From: Eledone cirrhosa
Lineage: Eukaryota
Direction: 5' to 3'
Assembly: GCA_964016885.1 (NCBI GenBank)
Contig: OZ024751.1
Span: 25,730,001 to 25,794,000, forward strand
DNA length: 64,000 nucleotides
The notes below the pieces were generated by a model. It did not search any database, had not been told where the DNA came from, and saw nothing but the letters and a program-made list of their open reading frames with translations. The position numbers and the translations under genes are program-made. How positions within the stretch are numbered: position 1 is the first letter of the stretch; each line of letters starts with the position of its first letter. This document shows, in pieces, positions 13,964-30,256 of the stretch.

Positions 13964-14130
13964 ATATATATATATATGGGGGTGGGTGTATTATTCACTA
14001 GTTTTACAGAATTCATTTCCGGGAATTAATTCCGTGAAACTAGTGAAAGAAAAATAACTGACACATTCTACTCCCCAAAGTATTGAGGATTTTAGTTTGT
14101 ATCTCTCGGGCATGTCATCACGAACAAGAG
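13882..14130 (+). mobile_element. Fold-back element distantly related to family A
   Basis: AACTAGTGAATAATACAC inverted at 13882-13899/13986-14003; hairpin TTCACTAGTT..AACTAGTGAA; tail CATTCTACTCCCCAAAGTATTGAG resembles family A CACTCTACTACCCCAAGTATTGAG. Confidence 0.5.
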
Positions 14131-14142
14131 ATAATTATATAA

Positions 14143-14193
<51 letters not shown>

Positions 14194-15029
14194 ATCTCTC
14201 TATATATATATTCATACATACATACACAAATGCATATATCCAAGTCTACATATATATGTGTGAATGTATGTGTGTGTGCGCGCGTAAGTTTGGTGCTTTT
14301 CTTATGGTCTTTGAAAGTAAGCTATGGTTTCGGCGTCCGAACTTCTGTTTTATCATCGACATCTACATTTAATGTGATTTTCTCTCCTTAAATATTAATC
14401 TTATTTAATATCTTCCCATTATTCGTCATATATAAGTTAACAGAATTATCAATATAACATATTTGTCGTCTTATTTTAAATATATGTTTGTAGACTTCGC
14501 GGGTTCAACAAATGTTTCGTGTCAGTTTGTGATATGGCACTATGGGGAATATTGTTTTGACGGGGTGCCATTACTAATTGTCCCGAATTTTATATTTTTA
14601 TTACGAAGAATAGTCCCCGTTCAGGTATTGTTAGACGAGAATTTATTAAATTTAAATACATATATATTTTTGACTAGTTTATCGAAAAAATAATTTCACC
14701 ACCCCAGCTATCTAATAAATATTTTCTCTCTTGTATTGATACGATTAAATAGGTTTTATATTTAATATATAAATGAATATTTCACCACATCTTGTTAACG
14801 AACAAGAACGTATATTTGAGTATAAATTAGAAAAGGACAGACAACACAAACTTATTCAGATGTTAGAAAAGGACAAGGACAAATATAATAGACACTGCCC
14901 CAAATTAGCTCCAGTACTCTTTCTCAAATGAATTGAAGCTTCTAATCTATCATTTAGCTTTGGTTTGGTAACCTTTTTATTTAATTTTTTTACCTCAAGA
15001 TAGTAGCCAACCATGCTATCTTCAAATCG

Positions 15030-15495
15030 ATATTCGTGCCAACCCTTACCTAGGGTCATAAATCTTGGTAATGACCGAAAGAATACGATCGCAAATAAAA
15101 GCAAGCGAAATGGGGTTCACCATAACGGTCTTTGGAGTAACGTTACTTGATAGAGTGTGTAGCTCAGAGATCAGACAGTCACTCCAGGTAGAGCCACTAC
15201 TTCTACGAATTGAGAGATCACTGCTCCGATACTATGAAAATGTGGTTAGAATGTCTTGGGAAAGAATCACTAGACAGATTTTACGGGCAAAAGTAACCGG
15301 CAGGAGACCTGGGGATAGAACCCGAGCAAGAAGGTTGGATAACATCCATGAGCTTGACTGGTCTCGCTTGGGGTTCCAGCCGGATCAGTTGGAGACAGTT
15401 GCTTCTGATAGGACCCACTGGAAAGAGTATTTGAGGAATCTACTCCCGCGACCTTTCCAGCATTAAGTAGGAGAAGAATAAGAATAAGAAGATAG
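15030..15495 (+). mobile_element. RTE-clade LINE 3' fragment
   Basis: VMTERIRSQIKASEMGF..LLRYYENVVRMSWERITRQIL..GRRPGDR, typical of the RTE C-terminus; GAAGAATAA-type tail. Confidence 0.8.
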
Positions 15496-15778
15496 TATCA
15501 TGCTAAGAACAATACGAATATTATCGTATCGTATATTCCTCTACATCATTTAAGTGTTTGTTTCTTTAAACATTCTTCCGTTGACCGTAAATATTATACG
15601 ACCAGAATCAACAGTAAAAGTAGCTGAAGAGAAACAAACCTTTACTGCTTCGTTAGGTTTATTAACTGAAGAGCATACTAAATTTCAAGGTTTTTCTCTT
15701 TTATGTAATTGCAACAACCCCCAAATGAATCTTAACTGTTTTATAAAGCATTAATTTAAAAAGCATTAATTTACCATA

Positions 15779-15950
15779 GGGCGATGGATTGGCAGTATCG
15801 GTAGAGAGTCGGACGCCATGCTTTGACGCATAGAGTTACGGCCCTTGCCATTGTGAGTTCAAATCCCGCCTTTCATCCTTACGGGGTCGATAAAATAAAG
15901 TACCAGTAATGCACTGCGTAATTGCTGGCCTAGTGCCAAAAGTAGAAACA
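15779..15950 (+). mobile_element. tRNA-SINE
   Basis: A/B boxes and core; TSD ATTAATTTACC at 15765-15775/15951-15961. Confidence 0.88.
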
Positions 15951-17429
15951 ATTAATTTACCTATCTAATTCCTAACTAGCGATTAACAGTAAAACCAAAC
16001 GCTATACAAGGCTTACTGTAAACCCCTTTAAAAGTAGGTTCTCGCAACCTGTATATATATTCTGAAACGCAAATGATGCCTCGTTATCTCATATCTAAAT
16101 ATATCTGCAGTTTAAAGACTGAAAATATATCTAATCGCTAAATCGATTGATTTCTTATAGCTCACGTGTTTACTTACAACATGAGATTAAAATGTGTGGT
16201 CTTTGTCTCTTAGAGATGTATAACATCATACTACACAGTTCTTTTGTAATTCTATACAAAAGAACGCAATTGGTGAATTTTTGCAAACACTTTCAGTAAT
16301 ATTGACTGAAGAATGTCCAACTCCCAACTGGCATGTAATGGATTTGCCATATCCTGAATAGGATCAGATATCAAACGAAAACATTCATTTAGTCCCCAAC
16401 ATTAAAGTTCATTAACAATAGCCATATTGCTTGTGTTTGTGAGTTTGTACATAAATAGCTGAAGTTATCATGTATTCTACGTATGATGGTTGAATTGATG
16501 AATGTTTAACACATTTTCTTACAGTTTTTCGGTGAGGTAACTAATCAAATATCGATGAGGCTTCCTATTTATCCGCATTAACAAATATATTGTGCCAATG
16601 CTTCCCTTTTGCAACTGCTACCTTGAAACTCAAGGAACGATTCAAAAAGATTCAACTTTTAATAATAGAAATCAATATATTGTTATTAATGTATATATAA
16701 ATGTGAGCGTGTGTACACGTGGGTCTGCCTGTCCGCGTCTGTACATTATATATATGTGTGTGTGTATGTGTGTGTGTGTGTATATATATTTATATTTATA
16801 TATATATATATGTGTGTGTGTGTGTGCGTGTGTGTATATGTATTTATATTAAAATCTGCATCAGCTTACTTTTAATAAACACTTAACCATATCTACGTAG
16901 ACCACATTGATGCCTATCCGTATACATATAAGATGGAAACCTATATACTATTCCAAATTTATATAAATTTTACAAGATTATTTTCCTCTTTTGTTCTTCT
17001 GTTAAACCTGAAATGCAATATTTACATTGTATAGTGTATAATACTAGTTTGTTTCTGCAATGTAACAAATAAAGAAATCTTTATCAATATTAATGTCTAC
17101 CAAATATCATGTTTTATATATGTTTTAATTATCTTTTTGTTTAATATATATTCTTTAATGCTCAATTTCAGCGTTAATATTGCAGCCATTTTCTTTTCAC
17201 ATCTGTTTCAATATTGTTTTTATTCAAAGGTGTATATTATGTCTAGGAAATATCAAATAGTGCTTTCTTCTATTTGTGTAACCAATGAACCAACAAAAGA
17301 GATTAAATCTAGTTTGTAAGAAAGCTAGAAATAACAGCCACATTTCCCTCTGATGTATCATACTCTCGTTTAAAATGAGATACGGTTTATTATAGTCCAA
17401 AAATAGTTTAAACAGACACACACACACAT

Positions 17430-17910
17430 ATCATCATCATCATCATCATAATCACCGTTTAACGTCCATCTTCCAGGCTAGCATGGGTTAGACGGTTTTG
17501 TTCCATTTGATGCGGGAATAGTCGGGAGTCCATGTCTCGCTCATACGGAAGCGTCTCTGGGAGGTTTTTTACAGCTGGGTGCCCTTCCTAACACCAACCA
17601 CATTTACAGTGTGGACTGGGAGCCTTTTCACCGTGTCTCCTACACGGCCACCTTACAGTGTGGACTGTTGTGTCATCGACAGAGTGGACGGGATGGAAGA
17701 GGGAGGACGGGTGTAGCGGTGGGATGTACATTGAGTTAAGAGGTGCCTACTGTATGCAATGGTAGTCGGGTCTTCTGTACAACTGCATGGCGCCAAAGGT
17801 CTTAATCCAGTGTCTTAGAGAGATGTAGGTGGGCAAGGTCAGTTTTTATCACCTCGTCCTAGGTTTTCTTTGGTCTACCCACTCCGCAGCTTCCATCAAT
17901 TTTCAAGATG
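17430..17910 (-). mobile_element. RTE-like LINE 3' end with (ATG)n tail
   Basis: Minus strand KIDGSCGVGRPKKT*DEVIKTDL, then 3' UTR and (GAT)n tail. Confidence 0.65.
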
Positions 17911-17916
17911 GTGTCG

Positions 17917-18130
17917 CTGGGATATGTGACGTCTGGCGTGTGTCTGGGGCATGGAAACATTGAGTGCTTTCTCTGGGATATGTAACTTTTGGCCTGTGTC
18001 TTTGGCATATAAAACTGACTGATTTCCTGGGATATGTGACGAGAGAGGTGTGTCTGGGGTATATAACCCTACTGATTTCTCTGAGATATGTAACGTGTGA
18101 TGTATATCTGTGGTATGTAAACCTGACTGA
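17917..18130. repeat. Degenerate ~50-bp tandem repeat
   Basis: Four units of CTGGGATATGT(G/A)AC..GTGTCTGGG.. Confidence 0.6.
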
Positions 18131-18496
18131 TCTCTCTCTAAAAAACGGTGTTAAAGAGATACACTGTGAGTGCGAATCTACACCAGTACTGGAATTGTGT
18201 TCTATTTAACGACCTCGAAAGGTTGCAAGACAAACTTGACCTTAGTGAACGGAATCCGCAAGGCAATCTATCAGACGCTCTACCGATTCAATCAATTCAC
18301 TACAGTCTAAGAGATATTGAACACATTCAACAATTTCAAAGCAACCTAAATTCATCGAAGTTCTCTAATTCCTGTGGGTTTTCATAAACCTTTTTGATAT
18401 ACACACGTTTAAACTCTCTAAATAATCACGGCATAATCATCTGTTCTATAAAAAAAAGAGGTTTATTGCTGCCGTTGCTTCCATTATTGGTAGCCG

Positions 18497-18686
18497 GTGG
18501 ATTGGCCGCCGTATCGGTAGAGCTCGGACACATTTGTTCTGAGTTCAAATCCCGCCGACGTTAACTTTGCCTTTCATCCTTACGGGGTCGATAAAATAAA
18601 GTACCAGTAATGCACTGGGATCGATTTAATCGACTTCCCCCCCCCCCCTCCTTCAGATTGCTGGCCTTGTGCCTAAAGTAGAAATA
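18497..18686 (+). mobile_element. tRNA-SINE (long form)
   Basis: TSD ATTATT(G/A)GTAGCCG at 18483-18496/18687-18700. Confidence 0.88.
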
Positions 18687-19564
18687 ATTATTAGTAGCCG
18701 TTCTCACAACGTTTTCGATGAATTAATATACCTACTCTCCTGAGAGTCTCTTAAATGACTTTCATATCAGTAGATGTCAAATCGATACAATTCCTTCATT
18801 CCCTTATTATATTCTTCCTTTGTTACAACAGCAGCGCTTTACCAGAGAATCGTGAGAATTCTTGAGAGATGTGCCAGTCGTTCTTTCATCTTTGTCAATG
18901 GTTTACTCAATCCTCAGACTTCAACAACGAATGGTATTTCCTACATATTCTCATCACAAACACACCTACACTTTTCATAGTTAACCCTTTTTTTATGTGT
19001 TTCCCTTTTTTTCACTGCTGAAATACATACTGAACTCACTAAGAGTTGTATCTAATACCTCAGATTATTATAAATGTCTCTATATTTAATGGCTAGAAAT
19101 ATAGAAAATACAAAGCAGAAACGTGTTTAGAAATTATACATAAAGTTTACTAAGTGCAGGCAAATATATATCATAATGACACACGAAAGTGAAGTACATT
19201 TTTAACCTGACATACAATATCTAGCTGTGCAACGGCATACTATGTTCCCTCATCATGCGAACGAACTGGATATATTTTTATGTCAATTTATTTGTTATCA
19301 TAAAGTATTATTCACCACTCCTTCATCTTCAGGGCCCGACATTGAATTGTTAAGATAATTAACATGCATAGCTGTCTCTCTATTACCAATATCACAGGTG
19401 TATTTCTAAAGAAGTGTATATATATATATATAAATGGAACAGAATGAAACGAAATTTCATTTCTCACTTTTAGTACGGCAGTTACTTAAATGTAAGTATG
19501 TATGTATACGTACATACATATATGTATACAGACGTACAGTAGTATGTATATATATACATACATG

Positions 19565-19617
<53 letters not shown>

Positions 19618-20090
19618 GTATCGGTTTACCGATATGTGCATATATATATGTATCGTTCATTGTGAAACATACTCCATATATATGTATCGTTCATTGTGAA
19701 ACATACTCCACTTTCATGAAAACTAAAATCTCAATTTCTAATATTTGCCCAAGCACAAATATCAGGGAGTGAGAAATCACTTAAATAGTTTTGTTTGTTT
19801 GTTTGTTTGTTTTGTTTTTTTTTTGTTTGTTTTTTCTGAAAAGTGTAATCACATGAGGCTGCATCAGAACTCATAAAACGGAGAGGTAGCTAAAAGACTA
19901 AAAAAAAGTAAATCTATTTTACTCAGCTGTACACAAGGGGTCAGTCCTTTATTCTAGTTTCTTGTTACCCTTGTTGTTACAAAAAAAATATTTCATCTAT
20001 GTACGTCTCTTCCTCTCTCGCTATCTGTTTCTCTTTCTCACTCTCCCGTTCTCTGTAACTCTCTCCCATGCTCTCTGTATCTCTCTCTCC

Positions 20091-20203
<113 letters not shown>

Positions 20204-20211
20204 ATATATAT

Positions 20212-20387
20212 GAAAAGAATCAGGACCCCAACGGCTGAGCTCCGGCAGATTCAACTGCTGGATACGAACTCGTGTTCGGACCTAGCTGTTGAAACGGCAG
20301 GAGCTCAGCCGTTGGGGTTCTGAATCTTTTGCCCGCTCTGCAACCCCAAGTATTGAGTACTCTGATTTTTACCACACCGTATCTGAC
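20212..20387 (+). mobile_element. Divergent family A fold-back element
   Basis: GAAACGGC-AGGAGCTCA-GCCG-TT-GGGG retained; tail CCCCAAGTATTGAGTACT; TA flanks. Confidence 0.75.
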
Positions 20388-20655
20388 ATATATATATATA
20401 ATTTGTTTTAATTTTTTATTAGTTTTAATAAGATACTCAACGAATTATGTAATCTTACATTCAGTGTTCATTGTCTCTAGTCTTAAGCTTTGATATATCT
20501 TAATGCGCGCTTATGTGTGTATGCATATATTTCATTAACTTTCTTATAATGATTAACGTTCGATTTTATTCTCTGAATTCTATCTTGAGCTGGTTTTAGA
20601 GACTAGACATATGTTTGATTTTGTTTCATTCACGACATCCTTTACTTTGAATGTC

Positions 20656-20970
<315 letters not shown>

Positions 20971-20998
20971 CATATATATATATATATACACATATATG

Positions 20999-21106
<108 letters not shown>

Positions 21107-21110
21107 CACA

Positions 21111-21177
<67 letters not shown>

Positions 21178-21180
<3 letters not shown>

Positions 21181-21603
21181 AAAGTTCTATTTAAATTGTT
21201 GGGATACAACAAGCAAATATTGTTATAACTGATATAAAGCACTCAACAAATATTTGGAGTAAAACTACGATATTAACAAATGGAAACTATATTTATAAAA
21301 CCATATTTATTTCATTATACATATTTCAAGGACACCAAGTTAAATTATGGTGTGCTCTCATCAGATAAAATATAATATAGATCAGTTTTATAAATAAATA
21401 TTGACATACCCTTAAAGAATGCAACCATTACTGTTGGAAGCTCCCGGGAGCATTCTTTAAGGGTATGTCAATATTTATTTATAAAACTGATCTATATTAT
21501 ATTTTAGCTGATGAAAGCACACCATAATTTAACTTGGTGTCCTTGAAATATGTATAATGAAATAAACATGGTTTTATAAATATAGTTTCCATTTGTTAAT
21601 ATC

Positions 21604-21606
<3 letters not shown>
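21178..21606 (-). mobile_element. Family D fold-back element with two opposed hammerheads
   Basis: Tail 21178-21266; arms 21267-21422/21450-21606; CTGATGA-(G/A)AGCACACCA..TGGTGTCCTT-GAAA-TATGTA-TA-ATGAAAT at 21309-21371 (-) and 21501-21563 (+). Confidence 0.85.
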
Positions 21607-21687
<81 letters not shown>

Positions 21688-22018
21688 GTATATATAAATA
21701 AACATTCATATACAGCTTTATGTTTACACTTCACATATACACATCATATATTTCATTAAACAAAAATAGCCCCATTGGCTTAAGATGCCATCAAACTAGA
21801 AGTAACAACCCCCTTCTCTTCAATTTATTTTGAAATAAATGATGCAATATCTCTAATTTTGCGTTATTGATTCTCTTCACTAAGTCAAGCATGTAATTAC
21901 TAAAGAGAAGAATCGATGATACTAATTCCTCATCTTAGTTTCACATAGAAATATAACTGAAATTAAATGTTTCACAATATTTGTTAATCTCCCTCTCTCT
22001 CTCTCTCTCTCAGTCTCT

Positions 22019-22067
<49 letters not shown>

Positions 22068-23035
22068 TTCTTCAGCATATATATATATATATATAAATAC
22101 ATATATATATATATATATTTATTTGTGTGTATGTGTGTGTGTGTGACTGTGTGTGTGAGTTTCTAGCTTCCTCCATAGATATTTTCCAACCGATTAAATT
22201 TCCGTTTTATAGTTTCCGAATTAAGTGTTTTTTTCTAATTTTTTTTTCCCTGGATTTGTGTGATTCTTTTTCTCTCTCCGTATTTGTAGCTGTGTTTGTA
22301 TGTATGTGTATGTATGTGTATATGTGTGTATGTATGTGTATGTATGTGTATGTGTGTATGTATGTGAGTTCTTTCTTTTTTCCCTTTCGTTTCACGTCAA
22401 GATTTTGGTAAAAGGTTTACGGTCGACATTATATTTGTTGACTTACTCTGATCTCAGTTAAGTTCTTTAAATCCTATACTAGGCAACATTTGAAATGAAT
22501 TGATGGGAACGTTATATTAATCATTCAACCAACACATGAGCATGCGTTAAAGGAATATGTTTACCCGTTCATTTACCATATTCCTAATGAAAAACATTGC
22601 CTTATATATTCAAATAATTTTGAATATAATCAACAATTTGAAATGATTTAGAAATATATGTAACGTTTTCATTATTAAGCTGGCATACGGAGCACAACAT
22701 GACAAAGGTTTTATATAAATATATACAGAGTAACCCTTTCGTTACAATATTTCTAATGAAAGACATTACGTGTATTTTTCAACGAATTTTGGAAATAATC
22801 AAGAATTTGTAGCAGGGTTAATTTAGTAGAATACGTGATGGAAGAATGTTTTAGATAAATATAAACACACTAAAATAAACAGTTTTGTATCATAGAACAA
22901 CCAGAGGCGGTTTCATTCCGTTCTTTAACAAATCGGTAAATTAGAAAAATAGACAGCGACAATATATATCAACTCGTGATGTATAAAATGCCGGCAAAAA
23001 TATTTCAAAGAACCGAATATGGATTTGGTGCCGTG

Positions 23036-23084
<49 letters not shown>

Positions 23085-23199
23085 AGAAGTTATATTTAAA
23101 TTGTTGGGAAACAACAACCAAATATTTTTATAACTGATATAAAGCACTCAACAAATTATTATTATATATATATATATAGTTTCCATTTGTTAATATATC

Positions 23200-23264
<65 letters not shown>

Positions 23265-23535
23265 AGAGTTAAACAAGATTCAATGAATACATCAAAGAAT
23301 GAGTTTTACAATAGATTGGAAGCACTCTACAGTAAAAATATTTTCCAGAGTTATTAATATTAATTCAAAATATTAACAAAATAAATATTCTTGTGATCAA
23401 TTATATTTTATTATACATATTTCAGAGGTACTGAATTAAGTTCAACTGTGCGTCCTCATCAGATAAAATAAAATGATACATGACATACCCTGACATGGTA
23501 GATGGTTAAGATTTAATCAAGGTAGTGATTAACTT
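23265..23535 (-). mobile_element. Family C element, single arm plus tail, hammerhead at 23405-23469
   Basis: Homologous to 9385-9640; ATTTTAT-CTGATGA-GGAC..CTCT-GAAA-TATGTA-TA-ATAAAAT. Confidence 0.8.
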
Positions 23536-23769
23536 ATGACAAAACTCAATATTTATACCCTAATATTGAGAACATGTATATATATATATATATATATACA
23601 TTCATTTCATTTTTTTTTTAGAACACGGTAGAACATTAAATGTGTTCTTGATACTGTTGTGAAAATTCTTCTTCTTACCCCCCCCCCCCCCCGCCTCCCT
23701 TCAGTGCATTCTATCCGATACTCTAACGTCTTACACACTTGTGTACTGCAGCATTGCCCTGATATAAAA

Positions 23770-24325
23770 AAAACCCTTTCATCAGTTTCCTGGGTGACCG
23801 TTCTTGATAGCCTTTCATAACTGCCTCAACATATTAACACAGTACTCTCCATTGGTGTTGTGGCCCTGTTGAAGATAGTCAATAAACAAAATACCTTCTG
23901 CATCCAAAAGAGAAAAAAAATGAAGGCAACACCTTCCCTGCAGACGAAATGAACTTGGCCTTCTTTGGAGCAAATGATGGGGGCTGTTTCCACTGCATGG
24001 ATTGTCTTTTTGTCTTTGATTCAAAGTGATGGACCCAACAATCATCCTGGGTAGGAAACTTCCAAGAAAACCAGCTGGATCTGCCTCAAACAATGTCAAA
24101 TTGTCCCGTGATGTGATCAGCCTGGAGCGCTTTTGATCAGATGTCAGAAGACGTCATATCCACCGAGCAGAAACCTTCGTCATGCCAAGTTCATTGTGCA
24201 GAATATCCTCAACTCTCCTCTTATAAGATATACTAATAGCATTGGCTATTTGATTTATTGTCAATTACCTGTCATCCATCCTCATATGGTGAACACAATC
24301 AATGTTTTCCTTGGCGGTGACAGTC
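23770..24325 (-). mobile_element. Mariner transposase remnant
   Basis: DAEGILFIDYLQQGHNTNGEYCVNMLRQL, with frameshifted WVHHFE/KRQSMQW/SAGK motifs upstream. Confidence 0.85.
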
Positions 24326-25180
24326 GTAAGACTGGAGAAGGTGTTTCCCCGGATGATGATAAGGAAGATGCGCTGGAAGAGCCATTACATCTCGTGAGGC
24401 TCACACCTGCGGCTAGCCAGCTCAGCGCCTATGGTGGTAAGTAGAGAGGTAGCCCTAGGGCCAAGAACACCAGAAGTCTCCACTACCAGGGGCACGACCG
24501 CAAACCTGTCGGCGAGTGACCGATACATGGAAAGTTAATGCTTGGAATAAAACCCTATTATATCGCTAATCCGTGTTGATTATCCTTTTACCTCTTATAT
24601 ATATGTGTGTGTGTGTGTATGGTGGAGTAGAATGAAAATATATATTAGTTTAATGGCTGATATAATAGGAAATATGTCTGAAGGTATCGTATGTTATTTC
24701 TTCCACAGAAGATAAAAAGAAATATTAATGAAATAGAAATAGGTGAGAGTAAGAGGAGGCAGAATTTGAAAACAAATTTTATCGAAGGAAAGCGTGTTCG
24801 AATTTAGTCAGACATCTCTATCTTAGGTGTAATATGTAATAGATTTGTTCAAAGGGAGATGATCCTTGTTTGCTTTGAGGTAATATATGCGTATCTGTGT
24901 GAGCACATGTGTTTGTATATTATGTGAGTTTATGTGTTTGCATACACAAAGCTTGGGTGCATTAGAAAGCGCCGGGTTCCGACTCTTTCTGATATAGTTA
25001 TAATCTGCTATCCCAAATATCGAGTTCTATGTTAATAATGGTCTAACCAGTTTAAAACTGGTTCACTCCTGATATATAAGGCCAATCAAATACCCACGTG
25101 TGTTAATTTTTCCTAATGTTACCCGCGTTCTTTTCTCTCATCACTCGTTAATTTCTATTTATCTTCTATTTCTAACTCTA

Positions 25181-25216
25181 TCTTCTAATGAAGGATTGAT
25201 GTCCGAAACGTTAAGA
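25181..25216 (+). ncRNA. Decayed minimal hammerhead motif
   Basis: TCTT-CTAATGA-A-GGA-TTGATG-TCC-GAAA-CG-TT-AAGA; G5 mutated. Confidence 0.45.
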
Positions 25217-25852
25217 CACTCTTCCTGCTATTTCAAGCGTTAAACTAATATATTTCTTCCATGTACTGTGACGCTGATTTATATACAGATCGATTGTTGA
25301 TCAAGTATAAAAGAACGATTATTTTTCACTTTATTGCATTTTTAAAATTTTGTTTCTGTTTGTTTCTGTTTGTTTAAGTTTGTTTTATTTTTATTTAGAC
25401 TGTTTGAAATTACATTTTATTTATAAAACACACAGCTATACATAACTAAAATGTCCAAAAGCAATGAGCTATTATTTGGGATTTGTTTGTATCGGAAGTC
25501 TTTTAATGTTCTATTCAAATTCCTTTTTATCTATCTGAAATTTCAAATTTTGTATCATTTTTTAAAAAAATAGATAATTATATCTGTTTTTCCTCTTTCC
25601 TTTTTCTTATTATAACAATGTATTTTTTAATTATTATCATAATTTATTTTATTGAAAATTATGTTATGTTTTCATATTTCTGTTATGTCTGTATATTTCT
25701 AAAATCTTCAAACGAAAAATGGCTGGATCAATAATTGTCCAAAAACTATTATGTTATGTCCCTCTATTTATTAAAGATTTCTCATTTAATTTTACTTTTA
25801 GTTTAGTTGTTCGTTTTATACCTATATTGATTATTTCCTTATAAATGTCGCG

Positions 25853-25888
<36 letters not shown>

Positions 25889-26207
25889 ATTTGTTCATGT
25901 CTCTATGTACCGCTGTATATATCTTTCTTGAAACACTTTTCCGAAAATTTATTTTTTAATCTAAAATTTTAAAGCTGATATACTAAATACAAAGAACATT
26001 TCTTAACAAACGTCTTCACAATTTCATGTAAAATTAATAAGAAAATTAGTACACAAATAATTATACATGCTAATATTATATATATATATGCATATATATA
26101 TATATATATATATGTATTTATGTATATATGTAAAAACAAAAATGTATATATATTATATATATATGCATATATATATGAATATATATATAATATATATACA
26201 TGTATAT

Positions 26208-26256
<49 letters not shown>

Positions 26257-26343
26257 ATTTATATATATATATATGTATATATATATGTGTGTATATTTAT
26301 ATATATATTTATATATATATTTATATATATGTATATATATATA

Positions 26344-26416
<73 letters not shown>

Positions 26417-26725
26417 ATATAAAGATTGAGTAAGACTGCATTTGAAATGGAATTGAAGAAACTATTGGATTATTCTTACTTCAATGAGTTTGGATTCAAT
26501 TCTCTTATTTTAAATACATCTGTATTTTAGGAATATTTCTCGCCATTAAAGTCAGAAAATATGAGGAGTTGACAATATATTTTCTGTTATTCAACACACT
26601 GCTTCTTCAGTAGTTGTATATGTAATATGTGTGTGTAATATGTGTGTGTGAGTATGTGTATGTGGGTATATGAGTTAGTGTGTAGGTTTGTGTGTTTATG
26701 TATGATTGTATGTATGTGTGTGTGC

Positions 26726-26761
<36 letters not shown>

Positions 26762-26882
26762 GCATGTGTATATATATATATATATATATATGTGTATATA
26801 TATATATATATGTATATATATATGTGTGTATATATATATATATATATACACACACACAGATATATATATATATATGTATATG

Positions 26883-26966
<84 letters not shown>

Positions 26967-27299
26967 ATATGTGTGTGTGTGTGTGTATATTTAATGACAT
27001 TTATTTTAGTTATATTTATATTTGTTTTTTGTTGATAAACTGTTTTTTCTATTTCAATGGGAGAAAATAAAATACAATTATTATTTTGATACAGGAATTA
27101 CCCAATATTATTTATAATAATTTACTTTTTCATTGTTTACAACCAGAATGAGAGGGTTTGGGCGCAAATTCTTTCGAATCATTCATTAAATTATATTCTA
27201 ATTTGTGAAATCAAGCGTGTTTGATAAAGGAAGACATAATTAACTGAAAAATACCTCTATTACCGCGGTTATAAAGGAAAGACTGGATACCACCGTTTA

Positions 27300-28022
<723 letters not shown>

Positions 28023-28498
28023 TGAACTGATTTCTACAATAATAATCCGGCTTTGCAAGATTATGTTTGAAATACTCAAACACAAAAGAACATACAGAAA
28101 TGCACACAGAAATGCACACAGAGACACACACAGAGACACACACAGAGACACACACAGTGACACACACAGTGACATACACACAAAACACACGCATTCAGAC
28201 ATCTTTTGTTTCCTTTTAAAATATTTTCAATTATTAAAAATGATTGTTCTATCTTAGACATTTAAAGCTTGAAGAATCCTGTGGAAACTAAGTCAGCTGA
28301 CGTTTACTGTTCGAAGCACCGTTGTTTTTTCTATGGTGTTTGGGAGACTGGTGGCACAGGAATGTACTTTAAAATATTGGCAATAATATTATATGTTGTT
28401 TTATAGTATTATATAAAAGTTAACGAGATCAGCAAATTTGCATTTTCCCTGAAATAGGATGAAAAAATCCATTACCACTTCATATCATATGTTTATCA

Positions 28499-28672
28499 TT
28501 GGGAGCCCCTACATGGACACACTAGAAGAGGAAGACCAAGGTTAACATATGTTGATGCCCTGAGGACAGACACTGGTCTGTTGGAGATGCAGGATATGGC
28601 ATCGATAATGAGGGACAGAGACCGCTGGAGAGAACTCGTCCATGGATCTCGGGAATTTTACCCGCCTTAGAT
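28499..28672 (+). mobile_element. LINE 3' tip, same family as 46045-46500
   Basis: Close match to 46319-46492. Confidence 0.85.
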
Positions 28673-28694
28673 AAACATATAATATATATATATA

Positions 28695-28883
28695 GGAAAA
28701 AGTATGACGCCGACGGCAGAGCTCAAGCCGTTTCGACGGCTAGTTCTGAGTTCAGAAATAGCCAAAAACGGCTTGAGCTCTGCCGTCGGGGTTATACTTT
28801 TTCCTATTTCCAACTCTACTACTCTAAGTGTTGAGTACTCTGGTGCGTTATGGTCCATCTGGTTCCTTACCACATTTCCTTTG

Positions 28884-28884
<1 letters not shown>
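28695..28884 (+). mobile_element. Family A fold-back element (diverged)
   Basis: Arms GGAAAAAGTAT../..ATACTTTTTCC plus tail. Confidence 0.85.
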
Positions 28885-28972
<88 letters not shown>

Positions 28973-29067
28973 AACTTTTTATAATATAACCATACTCTAC
29001 AACTAAACGATCAAGTGAGTTGTGGTATAACGAATTTCAAATTGAATCCTTTCCTAATTTATATGTA

Positions 29068-29147
<80 letters not shown>

Positions 29148-29150
<3 letters not shown>

Positions 29151-29698
29151 TGGCTGCCAACTCGTTTTCGAGTACGGCCACTACTTTATATCCATGTAGG
29201 AGAACCCCTACCGATGCGCTGAACAAGTGTGACTTTTTAGTCCAGCCAGCGACTTGATAACTCTGGTACAAACACTACACCTGTGACAATTATTGACACA
29301 TAGTGCTGGGCCCATGGTACCATGTGATGACAAGTGCAGAGAGATCTCCAGATATAAAGCAATGCCTGTGCCGTGAAGCTTTTATAGTGAGCAAAAGCAC
29401 CGCACAAAGCCAGTCCCACTCTCTTAACCAAGATAATATTTACCAAAAAGAAGAACAAGTCAACATCATTGGATACCATCAGGGTTGCAGGTGTTATATC
29501 ACAGTTTTCCTTCTCCTAGAATTCTGCCTTGACAAAGGCTAAGGGGTCATCTCTCTCGGTGATTTTGGATAGCCAATGACTCTTAAGAGCTCCTTTGCCC
29601 TTTGACAGGTTTTATTTTTAGTCCTGCAGGATGTCCAAAGTCACCCTCCTCACCAAGAAACCTTGGTAGGGTTGCCAGTTTAGTCGCCAACGACCCGA
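29148..29698 (-). mobile_element. ~550-bp non-coding interspersed repeat with RTE 5'UTR-like motif
   Basis: Close copy at 52078-52686; minus strand has CTAGGAGAAGGAAAACT, recalled as an RTE 5'UTR motif. Confidence 0.7.
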
Positions 29699-29718
29699 TA
29701 ATTGTATGTATAAATGTA

Positions 29719-29764
<46 letters not shown>

Positions 29765-29959
29765 TATATATATAAATTATATTGACTGCTAATACTGGAA
29801 TTGAATAATCAAGACCGTAGCGGTATGTCATATATCAAATCATATATTTTGAAAACGTACTGAAAAAACAACACAGTACCTTTGAAATATATATAATAAA
29901 GTATATATTTGATTATGAAAATATTTTTCATTTGTTAATATTTTGAATAATATATATAT

Positions 29960-30256
<297 letters not shown>

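Noticed and set aside
24330-24595. Solo LTR-like segment with AATAAA
   Set aside because: No clear TG..CA ends, TSD or second copy is visible.
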